Assembly: GCA_049800615.1 (NCBI GenBank)
Contig: JBARKD010000406.1
Coordinates: forward strand, 1 to 51,631
DNA: 51,631 bases
Reading direction: 5' to 3'
Source of the DNA: Acidobacteriaceae bacterium
GTDB taxonomy: Bacteria; Acidobacteriota; Terriglobia; Terriglobales; Acidobacteriaceae
Within the stretch, counting starts at the first letter, position 1. Each line of letters begins with the position of its first letter. Of the stretch, positions 15,883-24,384 are shown piece by piece. Both the position numbers and the translations under genes were made by a program. The notes under the pieces were generated by a model. It did not search any database, was not told the DNA's origin, and saw only the letters and a list, made by a program, of their open reading frames with translations.

Positions 15883-17607
15883 ATGTATCAACCCTGGAAA
15901 ATTCTTGTCTATATTGCTGCCGATAACGTTTTGTATCCGGATTCGCAGGTCAGCCTTCGCGAAATTGCGGATTCTAGTTCGTTCAGCGACGTGGAGATCA
16001 CCGTCCAACTCGACGGGCCCACTGCAGCAATGGCCACGCGCTACAGATGCGAGCACGGAACAAAAAAGCTGATATGGGAGGCTCCGGAGGACTACACCGC
16101 GGACCGCGGGGTTCGCCTTGCCGACTTTCTCAACGCCGTAGCGGGGAACTCAACTGTGCACCAGCGCATCCTCCTCGTGCTTTGGGGCGAAGGTGCCGGT
16201 TTGGATCATATCTACTTCTATGGCGACCGGGAGACCGCCAACGGCGCCACCACCACAGAACCGGGACAGGGGCTGTCCTCCAGGCTGGGGAGTCCGGAAC
16301 ACCTGAAAAAGGCCATGCGCGCAGTGCACAGTGCGGCCAACGATGTGCTCGACGGTCAGAATGCAAATCTTTATGTCAAGGACATTCAGCTGGGCCACAT
16401 TCTTCGAGAGTTCACCCGGAAGATAGGCCGTCCCATCGACATACTGGGATTCGACGCTTGCCTGATGGCTATGGCGGAGATTTGCTACGAGGTGCATGAA
16501 TCTGTATCCGTGGTTGTCGGCTCGGACGAAGAAGTGCCCAAAGAAAGCTGGCCGTATTCCCTGATCATGCGCGACCTGGCCAGGTTTCCAGGAATGAATG
16601 CCAATACTTTGGCTACGCTGATCGTGAGCAGGTACGTCGAAAAATATAGTAGTGAGGGCAAGGGCGAAAGAGTTTCGCTGTCGGCAATGAGACTGTCGGG
16701 CTCCGAGGAACTCGGCTCTGCGATGAAGCGTCTGGTCAGCGCGTTCAACTCGGTGGCCGGCGATGTGGCCAGCAAGCGCCGCATCTTTCGTGCACGCGAT
16801 GCTTCACGAAGCGCGGACGAAACCAGCTATGTCGACTTTGGGGTCTTTTGCGAGGAGCTCACGCAATCCTTTGACCCGCATACACCGATACACGCCTGTG
16901 CGAGGGATTTGCTGTTCGTTCTCAAGAACCATGCGTACATTCTTTATCATCGCGACACCGGGGAAGACGGATCCTACGATCCCTACGGCCTTTCTCTTTG
17001 CTTTCCCCAGGCGCTGCCTCCTGATGAAGCCGGGCTTGCTGCTGCAGCTGCGGAGTTCACCATAGCGACGCACACCGCCCTCGGAGGCAAAAAAGATCCA
17101 CCGCACCAAAGTAAGGATCCGCAGGGCGGCATGAAAGATCCACCGCACCAAAGTAAGGATCCGCAAGGTGGCATGGACCCGCAGGGCGGCATGAAAGATC
17201 CACCGCATCAAAGTAAGGATCCGCAAGGCGGCATGGACCCGCAGGGCGGCATGAAAGATCCGCCGCACCAAAGCAAGGATCCGCAAGGTGGCATGGACCC
17301 GCAGGGCGGCATGAAGGATCCGCCGCACCAGAGCAAGGATCCGCAAGGCGGCATGGACCCGCAGGGTGGCATGAAAGATCCGCCGCACCAAAGTAAGGAT
17401 CCCGGAAGCGGCAGGAAGGATCCTCCCCATCAAAGCAAATTCCCTCCCAGTGGGTCGGGAGGCAAATCGTCACCGATGGAGATCACCAGCTATTACATCC
17501 TCTGGGACAGCTACGTGCCGCTCGCATTTAACCGGGAAACGGGATGGGCCGATTTCCTGGAGCGCGTTTTGGCGGACCAAAGCGACACGACCGGAGCCGG
17601 TGCGTGA
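15883..17607 (+). CDS. Clostripain-like (peptidase C11 family) protein with a C-terminal tandem-repeat tail
   Basis: KILVYIAADNVLY and IDILGFDACLMAMAEICYEV...VPKESWPY match C11 family blocks, including the catalytic Cys. The usual WxHGxG block reads LWGEGAG. No signal peptide is present. GGAG lies upstream of ATG 15883. Confidence 0.75.
   Translation: MYQPWKILVYIAADNVLYPDSQVSLREIADSSSFSDVEITVQLDGPTAAMATRYRCEHGTKKLIWEAPEDYTADRGVRLADFLNAVAGNSTVHQRILLVLWGEGAGLDHIYFYGDRETANGATTTEPGQGLSSRLGSPEHLKKAMRAVHSAANDVLDGQNANLYVKDIQLGHILREFTRKIGRPIDILGFDACLMAMAEICYEVHESVSVVVGSDEEVPKESWPYSLIMRDLARFPGMNANTLATLIVSRYVEKYSSEGKGERVSLSAMRLSGSEELGSAMKRLVSAFNSVAGDVASKRRIFRARDASRSADETSYVDFGVFCEELTQSFDPHTPIHACARDLLFVLKNHAYILYHRDTGEDGSYDPYGLSLCFPQALPPDEAGLAAAAAEFTIATHTALGGKKDPPHQSKDPQGGMKDPPHQSKDPQGGMDPQGGMKDPPHQSKDPQGGMDPQGGMKDPPHQSKDPQGGMDPQGGMKDPPHQSKDPQGGMDPQGGMKDPPHQSKDPGSGRKDPPHQSKFPPSGSGGKSSPMEITSYYILWDSYVPLAFNRETGWADFLERVLADQSDTTGAGA
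17092..17439 (+). repeat. In-frame tandem repeat inside the C11-like CDS (7 copies of KDPPHQSK; 4 full 60-bp units)
   Basis: The 60-bp units are at 17134-17193, 17194-17253, 17254-17313 and 17314-17373. Each encodes KDPPHQSKDPQGGMDPQGGM. They are flanked by 42-bp partial units at 17092-17133 and 17374-17415, plus a degenerate copy at 17416-17439. Confidence 0.95.
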
Positions 17608-17651
17608 AAACGGTCATAGGAGCGGAGCAGATCTGAGCTGAGCTTCTGTTT

Positions 17652-20600
17652 TTATTGCCCGCCGAATGCGGAAAACGCCGCCCAGTAGTAGGGGTGAGAA
17701 GTCTCCGCTTTGGACCTTATGTCTTGCTCCGCGCCTCTTAAGGCGACGTCTACCGTATCCCCTTTGAGCAAGCGAGCGTACAAATTTTCCATCAGCGCGG
17801 AACTGACGGCCGAATCGACGGGCCATTTGCTGGCGATGACGTTGGGAACTCCCGCGCGTAAAAAGAGGAGAACGAGACTTGCAGGATCATCTGGACCCTG
17901 CTCAGTGGTCGCCGTATTGCATGCGGACAGAATCGCCAGTTTCAAGTTTGACATGAGGCCTGGATGAAGCTGCGCCGCACCGAGCAGGACGGTGCGATCC
18001 CCGTTGCGCGAAGCAAGCAGCAATCCAGGTTCCCGGTCTTGTGTTATCGAGTGTCCGGCAAAATGAAACACCTGTGCTTGCGGAAGCGACTGGAGCACGT
18101 TGTCGATCGTCGCGTCTGCTCCCGTCAGCAGATTGCGATGATGAAACTGTATGGAGATATCCTGAGCCTCTTTATTCGCGTCGGGCAGAGGGCGAAGGCG
18201 CTTGCCGGCCGGGGTATTCGACAGCGGATCACCGACCGCCAGGATGAAACTATTCGTTGAAACTTCCCGGTCTCTGCGCAGCCGCCTTGAATAGCCAAGG
18301 CCCGGTGATTCGATTACCTGCATTCGATCCCCTAAATATCCCGCTTCTGTCTTCAGGGCCTGAAAAGGGACAATGTTCAATAGGGTGTCGGGTTCGAGAA
18401 CAATGGTCGTTATATTTTTGAGGGAGGCGCTCACCGGTTCCAGCAGCCATTCGTAGAGGCGGCGGCCTTGCTGATCGATCAAGCTTCGATCCGACGAAGG
18501 GTCGGCGCAAAGGCGGCCGAAAGTGTGGGCGGCAGCCTCGAGTTTTTCCTGGGGCACATCGACCCACGCGGTGTGCAGGCCGGTCGCGTCCACCAGCCAG
18601 ATGGCGAGTCCGTGGGAAAACGACATCCAGGTAAGCAGGGCCGTCCCGGGTTCCAATTTCAATGTTCCCGTGGAGTACGGTGACGTGGACAGCGAGACAT
18701 CTTTTACGGCGGCCGCCGTTCCGGCGCCTGCTGCACGCAACGGCCCAGCGCGGGACCACTCCAGGAGAGCAAAGGACTTGTCGGCATCATGGTAACTCCG
18801 GGTGTATAGCTCAACCAGGGACCTGTAGGCTTCCCACGTAGTCTTCTCCCAGCCGAAAATGGCACTATCCGAATCCAGGGAGTTGCGATTTCGTTCAATC
18901 AGCCGTATCGCTTCCAGGAGATCAGCTCGCGCCCGGTCGGGCCTGCCCAGGCGAGTTTGCAGGGCCCCCTCGGTTTCAAGGTAGAGGATGGTGGCGTACT
19001 GCTTGCTGAAACCATTGAGGGAGGATTGCATCGCATTGAGCCTGCTCGCAGCGAGATCGAATTTGCCCTGGCGCACTTCGAGGGCAGTGCGCTCAATTTC
19101 CAGCGTGGTTTTCGCTGCGTCGGAACTTGTGGCAGTTTGCAGCACCGCTGCGGCTTGTTCGTATTCTCTATCGGCGAGAGGAGTGTCGCCGGCGCTTTCG
19201 GCCACCTCCGCCAGCCAATGGTGTGCTGCCGCAAGGTAAACAACGTCGCCGTCAAGCGTATCCATCAGTACGGTCTCGTCTCCAACGCGCTCGGCCATGT
19301 GCCACATAGCCTCCGTCTCCGCAGCAAAACCAAGATCGGCGTAGAAATTGGCTGCCGAGAGAGGTGGATAGGAGGCCGCCCAGAATCTTCCCAGTCCGCT
19401 TTGGATTTGTCCCCAGGATTCAGGCGACGCCATCCATGAAGTGGCAACGCCGTCCCGATAATAGAGCCCGTCCAGTTCGAGCACCGGGTAGCCTGCGGCC
19501 TGTGCCAGTTCTTGTGCCCGACGGGCGGAGGCATCCGCCGTCATCGGATTGCTGCCGAGAAATTGGCACGCGGAAAGCGCGAACAGTGCTTTGGTTTCGA
19601 TCCAGGCGTAGCGATGATGGCTCGACTGAGCAAGAGCCTTGTTGGCCGCCGGCAAGCAAGTATCCCCTCGTTCGGAGCGGTTCATGCCGATGGCGTAGGC
19701 GAGCTCCGCGGCCGCCACCCCAGCGTGATTACCGGCGGAGAGAAACAGCGCGGTGGACTTGTTGGCGTGCGCAACGATGCCCCCGACGTCCCCAGTGGCA
19801 TTCGCGCGAAATGCCTGGGCCAATTCGCGGGAGCCTTCCTCCCAGGCTGCGCCATGGGGACCATCCACCAGCTCAGCAAGCCAGTCATCATGATGGCGCT
19901 GACGCATTTGCTCCGCGAAGGTCTTGAGCGCATTCTGTGCTTCGAGGCTGCTCGCTGCCTGCTCCCGGGAGGCGTGCGCGGAACCTGCAAGATAAAGCCA
20001 ATCACGGGTCGCGACGTCCATGTAGTCCTCATCCATAGTCAGCGGCCGGCTATTCGCATCGGGTGGGGCACTGTCCAGGGCAACGATGGCCGCGGCAGGC
20101 TCGCGCAAAGGGGCGATCCTCGATTGCTGGTTTTCCTGCATCTTTTGCTGCAAGTTCTTGAGGCGGTCCTGGCCTTCTTCGCGCCAGGCCGGGTCTCGCT
20201 CAACCTGGAGAAAGCGGTCCCAGTCGGAGGCTGCCTCGTGGTACAAAAACATTCGTTCTTCCGCGATGGCGCGGTTAAACAATGCCAGGCTGTTGTCCGG
20301 GGATGTCGCCAGGACTTTACCCAAGTTGTCGATAGCGCGACCGTAATCGATTGCCTGGCCGGTGGCTTCCCCCCGCGCGAAATATGCAGTGGCCAAGTCG
20401 GTGAGCAGCAGGGGAGCATCCGCTTGTGATTCCAGGGCTCGCTGCAGGCTTTGAATGGCTGAGTCGAAGTTGCCGTCCATTAAATCCGCGCGGGCCTTGG
20501 CATCCAGTAGCTCGGGGTCACTGGGCTTTTTGCGTAACTGGGCCGCGATGATCGTTTCAGCTCTGAGAAGCGAACCAGGCTTGTCGAGATCGGACGCCCC

Positions 20601-21221
20601 TGTCCCGCGTTCCTGGTGGATCGGCGCGTGTTTTGCTTCTGGGATGCGGAGTTCCAGCGTGCGGTGCTCTGAGTAGGCGTCTGCCAGCAGCATCTGAGGC
20701 GTAGGGGAAGGGAATCGATGAAGCGCTAACAGGGCGGAAAGGACGACGAGCACAGTCGCCGCGACGGCATAAAGTGACCAGAATCCCAAGCGGCGGGGAC
20801 GCGAAGCTGGCGGGAAGCCTCCCGGCGGGTAGCCTCCCGGCGGGACACCTGGGCGCGCGGCGCCTGATCCCGTGGAAAGGCCCTGGGCCAGAACCCTCTG
20901 TCGAGCTCGATCGGCGCTGGCCAGATCTCCAATTCGGGCTTCCTCGTCCGCCGTGCTCTCCGCGGTCAGGTCAGTGAGGGCCTCCTGGAGTAGCGGTGCG
21001 CAATGGTCGCAGCCTGCCGCGTGGCTTAGTAGACGCTCCGGATCGGGGTGTATGCCGACCGCTAGCTCCAGCCAGGCGTTACCCGGGGGACATTGCGGGC
21101 CGCGGAGCACTGTCTTGGCTGCCCTCAGCTGAGCGAGACGCTCCATGGCCTCCTTTTGGGTTCGCAGCTGCGTTTGGCAAAGCTCACAGTATTGCAGATG
21201 GGCCCATGCACTCTCGTTCAT
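17652..21221 (-). CDS. Membrane-anchored anti-sigma factor (ZAS, HxxxCxxC) fused to a TPR array and a C-terminal CHAT (caspase-like) protease domain
   Basis: The N-terminus carries AHLQYCELC and HAAGCDHC. A Pro/Gly linker follows, then RPRR, then the TM helix FWSLYAVAATVLVVLSALLAL (about nt 20721-20789). The middle region is long and TPR-like. The C-terminus carries the CHAT dyad blocks VFHFAGHS and LAILSACNTA. The start could be ATG 21221 or GTG 21233. Confidence 0.85.
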   Translation of the reverse strand: MNESAWAHLQYCELCQTQLRTQKEAMERLAQLRAAKTVLRGPQCPPGNAWLELAVGIHPDPERLLSHAAGCDHCAPLLQEALTDLTAESTADEEARIGDLASADRARQRVLAQGLSTGSGAARPGVPPGGYPPGGFPPASRPRRLGFWSLYAVAATVLVVLSALLALHRFPSPTPQMLLADAYSEHRTLELRIPEAKHAPIHQERGTGASDLDKPGSLLRAETIIAAQLRKKPSDPELLDAKARADLMDGNFDSAIQSLQRALESQADAPLLLTDLATAYFARGEATGQAIDYGRAIDNLGKVLATSPDNSLALFNRAIAEERMFLYHEAASDWDRFLQVERDPAWREEGQDRLKNLQQKMQENQQSRIAPLREPAAAIVALDSAPPDANSRPLTMDEDYMDVATRDWLYLAGSAHASREQAASSLEAQNALKTFAEQMRQRHHDDWLAELVDGPHGAAWEEGSRELAQAFRANATGDVGGIVAHANKSTALFLSAGNHAGVAAAELAYAIGMNRSERGDTCLPAANKALAQSSHHRYAWIETKALFALSACQFLGSNPMTADASARRAQELAQAAGYPVLELDGLYYRDGVATSWMASPESWGQIQSGLGRFWAASYPPLSAANFYADLGFAAETEAMWHMAERVGDETVLMDTLDGDVVYLAAAHHWLAEVAESAGDTPLADREYEQAAAVLQTATSSDAAKTTLEIERTALEVRQGKFDLAASRLNAMQSSLNGFSKQYATILYLETEGALQTRLGRPDRARADLLEAIRLIERNRNSLDSDSAIFGWEKTTWEAYRSLVELYTRSYHDADKSFALLEWSRAGPLRAAGAGTAAAVKDVSLSTSPYSTGTLKLEPGTALLTWMSFSHGLAIWLVDATGLHTAWVDVPQEKLEAAAHTFGRLCADPSSDRSLIDQQGRRLYEWLLEPVSASLKNITTIVLEPDTLLNIVPFQALKTEAGYLGDRMQVIESPGLGYSRRLRRDREVSTNSFILAVGDPLSNTPAGKRLRPLPDANKEAQDISIQFHHRNLLTGADATIDNVLQSLPQAQVFHFAGHSITQDREPGLLLASRNGDRTVLLGAAQLHPGLMSNLKLAILSACNTATTEQGPDDPASLVLLFLRAGVPNVIASKWPVDSAVSSALMENLYARLLKGDTVDVALRGAEQDIRSKAETSHPYYWAAFSAFGGQ

Positions 21222-21319
21222 AGGACCACCCACCCATTCCCTCCCCTCGACACTCGAGAGCAGGATTTCGTCGATCTGGTCGCTATCTAGATGGGGTTCC
21301 AGACTCTTGCTTTTCCTTT

Positions 21320-22012
21320 CTAGAACGATTGCGCGGGTAAAAGACCTTCGCGGGAAGCTGGCGCGATTGCCGGCTCGGCCCCGTTCCGATCCGCCATCCG
21401 GGTCCGCAATTCCCTGGTAATGCGAAGGATGATGCTTTCTATCCCCTTGGTGGTCAGCATAATTCCGGGCAGGTCGGCGATGGCCCGGGCGGAGAGTCCG
21501 GCTCGGTAATGGAGCCAGAAAATCTGGGTGTTCCGCTCCTGGTCCGGTCCGGGGACGCAGATCTCCAGGAAGCGGTTGATTTCCTCAATCAGGACCGTGC
21601 GCTCAATGGATTGCTGGCTGCCGTCCGAGCCGTCGGCGGCCAGGGGAACGAAATCCTGAGCAAGTTGTTCAATGTGGCCGGAGCCTCTCTTCAGGCTATA
21701 GGACGACTTGAAATGGTCGCGAACGACGTTGGCGGCTACGACCTTGACGTACCCGATGAAGGCGTCCGGGCGCTGCTGCTGGAAATTACGCAGAATCCGG
21801 AAGTTGTCGGTGCATAGCTTGAGGTAGGTTTCTTGGATCAGATCATCTACCGTCTGCCGGGAGGAATCGCCCAGGCGTGCTGCGGTGCGCAGGATCACGG
21901 TGGCAATGAGCCGGTGAAAGCGGCGGATGAACTCCTCCCATGCGTCGGCGCTTCGCGAAGCAGAGCATTGACGCACGAGTTCCTCGATCGACAGGCAGGA
22001 GTAATTCTCCAT
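21320..22012 (-). CDS. ECF-type RNA polymerase sigma-70 family factor
   Basis: 230 aa. The region 2-like block is DDLIQETYLKLC. The region 4 HTH is IFWLHYRAGLSARAIADLPGIMLTTKGIESIILRITRELR. The gene lies 98 nt upstream of the ZAS-CHAT gene. Confidence 0.85.
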   Translation of the reverse strand: MENYSCLSIEELVRQCSASRSADAWEEFIRRFHRLIATVILRTAARLGDSSRQTVDDLIQETYLKLCTDNFRILRNFQQQRPDAFIGYVKVVAANVVRDHFKSSYSLKRGSGHIEQLAQDFVPLAADGSDGSQQSIERTVLIEEINRFLEICVPGPDQERNTQIFWLHYRAGLSARAIADLPGIMLTTKGIESIILRITRELRTRMADRNGAEPAIAPASREGLLPAQSF

Positions 22013-22396
22013 ACATATTCCTGAGGGGGAGGCAACCCATTGTACCGTGGGTTGCGCACAACGCTGCTTAAAAGAAACAACCGGGTGAATTTTCGATGCG
22101 CTGACGCACAGGGTGATTCGAGGAAATCACGTTTTTCCCCTATGCCGTTGCCACGCGGCAGGTCCATCGTTGTTGCAGAAAGAAAGGCAAGGGTAGCTGC
22201 TACCGAAGGCCCGCCGCCGGACGGCCAGGTCCTCGGGAGCAGCGGGTGGTCCGGATTCCTGGTAGTGGCCCAGTGGATTCTCGGCGTTTCCGATGCAAAT
22301 CACTCTCGTCGATGAAGGTGGCCAGGTTCGGACAGCTCCATGGATGGGATACCATGCTTGCGATCGTAAAACGTTTACCTGGGAAAGAATCTGGCC

Positions 22397-23761
22397 ATGA
22401 ACCAGCTACTCAAGCTATCCATTACAGGCTCTTTGTTCCTGACTGTGATCTCCTGGATTCCACTCTTGCGCGCGCAGGTATTGGCCCCGCAGCCGCCGAT
22501 GGGCTGGAATAGTTGGGATTCCTATGGGCTGACCATCACGGAGGCGCAGTTCCGGCAAAATGTGAACTGGTTCAACGAGCACCTCAAATCATCCGGTTGG
22601 AAGACAGTTGTGATTGACGAGGGATGGTATCTTCAACGTCCGGAAAATGCCGCCAATAAGGGCGCCGACCAGGGCTACACGATGGATAGCTATGGCCGCT
22701 ACATTCCCGCACCCAATCGTTTTCCTTCAGGCGCAAACGGCGATGGGTTGAAGCCCTTGGGCGACTGGGTTCATTCGCTTGGCCTGCAGTTTGGAATACA
22801 CATCATACGAGGCATTCCCAAAGAAGCCGTGGCCAGGAAGCTGAAGATCGCAGGCAGCCAGTTCCGGGCGGACGAAGCTGCCGACACGGCCGACCTTTGC
22901 CGCTGGAATCCCGATAACTATGGGATAAAGGCCAATGCGGCAGGACAAGCCTATTACGATTCGCTGGGAAAGCTTTATGCCAGTTGGGGGATCGATTTTG
23001 TCAAGGTCGATTGCATTGCCCAACCTTACAAAGCGGATGAGATCCATATGATGGCGAGAGCTCTCGAGCACAGCGGCAGACCCATCATCCTAAGCCTGTC
23101 GCCTGGTCCTACGCCGATCGACGAGGCCGGTGATCTCCGCGATTATGCGCAGCTTTGGCGTATATCCGACGATTTCTGGGACGTATGGTCAAAACCGAAA
23201 ACCGATACGCAAAATTTTCCGCAGCCGGTAGCGCGGCAGTTTGGCAAACTGGCACAGTGGTCTCCTCATGTGGAGACGGGACACTGGCCGGATGCTGACA
23301 TGTTGCCGTTTGGCTATCTTGGCCCCACGCCCGGATGGGGCAAACCGCGGCATAGTCGCTTTACCAACGACGAGGCGCGCACCGTTTTTACGTTATGGTC
23401 GATTGCGCGATCACCCTTGATCCTTGGAGCCAATCTCACGGAGATGGATCCTGCAACGGAGCGGCTCCTCACGAATTCTGAAGTGATCGAAGTAGATCAG
23501 CATTCTTCCGTCAATAGACCTGTCATCCAGACAGACACCGCGGTGGTTTGGACTGCGCACGGCTCAGCCGGGCAGACATACGTTGCCGTCTTCAACATTG
23601 GCGACAAACCACAGACGCTTTCGTACGCATGGGATGCCTTAGGTTTGGCCAATCCCCCAAAAACAATCCGGGAGCTTTGGCAAGGGACGGAGCTCCGCGT
23701 CGCCCCGCAACTTACGACCAGCTTGCCCCCGCACGCCTGCGCCCTCTACGCGGTTCACTGA
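22397..23761 (+). CDS. Alpha-galactosidase (glycoside hydrolase family 27), secreted
   Basis: Signal peptide present. The GH27 blocks PPMGWNSWDSYG and IDFVKVDC are present. Confidence 0.85.
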   Translation: MNQLLKLSITGSLFLTVISWIPLLRAQVLAPQPPMGWNSWDSYGLTITEAQFRQNVNWFNEHLKSSGWKTVVIDEGWYLQRPENAANKGADQGYTMDSYGRYIPAPNRFPSGANGDGLKPLGDWVHSLGLQFGIHIIRGIPKEAVARKLKIAGSQFRADEAADTADLCRWNPDNYGIKANAAGQAYYDSLGKLYASWGIDFVKVDCIAQPYKADEIHMMARALEHSGRPIILSLSPGPTPIDEAGDLRDYAQLWRISDDFWDVWSKPKTDTQNFPQPVARQFGKLAQWSPHVETGHWPDADMLPFGYLGPTPGWGKPRHSRFTNDEARTVFTLWSIARSPLILGANLTEMDPATERLLTNSEVIEVDQHSSVNRPVIQTDTAVVWTAHGSAGQTYVAVFNIGDKPQTLSYAWDALGLANPPKTIRELWQGTELRVAPQLTTSLPPHACALYAVH

Positions 23762-23820
23762 AGCGACGAACCTATCTAGCCGCTTCGTCTAACCTCTTAG
23801 GAGGTTTGTGATGCGAACAG

Positions 23821-24285
23821 GGCGTGAAGGGGCGGGGCTTCAGAGTCTGCGTGCGAACTGCGGTTTGTTCGATCCGCCATCGGCCTTGGCATGAAAACAA
23901 TGGGGCGGCGCTTCCTGGAAAAGCCAACCTTTCCACGCTCACAGAATTGTCGTCCCGACCGGAGCGAAGCGAAGGGATCTGCGGTTTGTTCTATCTTTTT
24001 CCGCCCCTAGACAGAATTGTCATCCCGAGAGCCTGTGACTTTTTGGCGTGAAGGGGCGGGGCTTTTCAGCCCCGCCGTCAACCGCGCACTAAGTCCCGAA
24101 GGGACGATTGAAAATAGCCCAGGATGAAAATCCTGGGACCGGTTATGAAAAACGAGTCAGTCCCGCAGGGACGGCTGAAAATACCCCAGGATGGAATCCT
24201 GGGCGCGCTGCTGACCCCCATCACGTAACCAAATCTCGGTAGGGTTAGTTCTCACTCAGACTCTTCAACCCCGCCGTCAAATCGA
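23821..24285. repeat. Intergenic cluster of at least three short hairpin-forming repeat families (REP/MITE-like)
   Basis: Family A: 23943-23990, with fragments at 23857-23875 and 24013-24030, and a further copy at 99-153. Family B: ggcgtgaaggggcggggctt at 23821-23840 and 24045-24064, with ccccgccgtcaa at 24070-24081 and 24269-24280; it contains the hairpin ggcggggc-ttttca-gccccgcc. Family C: a tandem pair at 24092-24137 and 24159-24203, each with two hairpins (gtccc-N3-gggac and cccaggat-N3/4-atcctggg). Confidence 0.8.
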
Positions 24286-24384
24286 ACAAGTCACAAGCTC
24301 CGAGCGCTCCCCGGATTTTCCCGTTACTCCACCAAACGTTCAGAAGCCATTTTGATTTATTGCATGAATCAATGGGACGGGAGA

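Noticed and set aside
17092-17439. Possible CRISPR array, because of the regular 60-bp periodicity
   Set aside because: The units are contiguous with no spacers. They are in frame within a CDS and encode an identical peptide. No cas genes are present in the window.
16804-17473. Two minus-strand ORFs (209 aa and 138 aa) with strikingly periodic translations
   Set aside because: They are the antisense reading of the 60-bp tandem repeat inside the C11-like CDS. The periodicity comes from the repeat itself. The sense frame continues a well-supported C11 protein.
17608-17651. Possible bidirectional terminator between the convergent C11-like and CHAT genes
   Set aside because: I could only form a weak stem of about 6 bp containing a G-U pair (agcaga/tctgtt), followed by TTTTTATT. 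That is not convincing enough to annotate.
23824-24051. 75-aa ORF in the GH27/methyltransferase intergenic region
   Set aside because: It lies entirely within the repeat-element cluster. Its peptide (…ELSSRPERSEGICGLF…) is simply the translation of the dispersed family A repeat.
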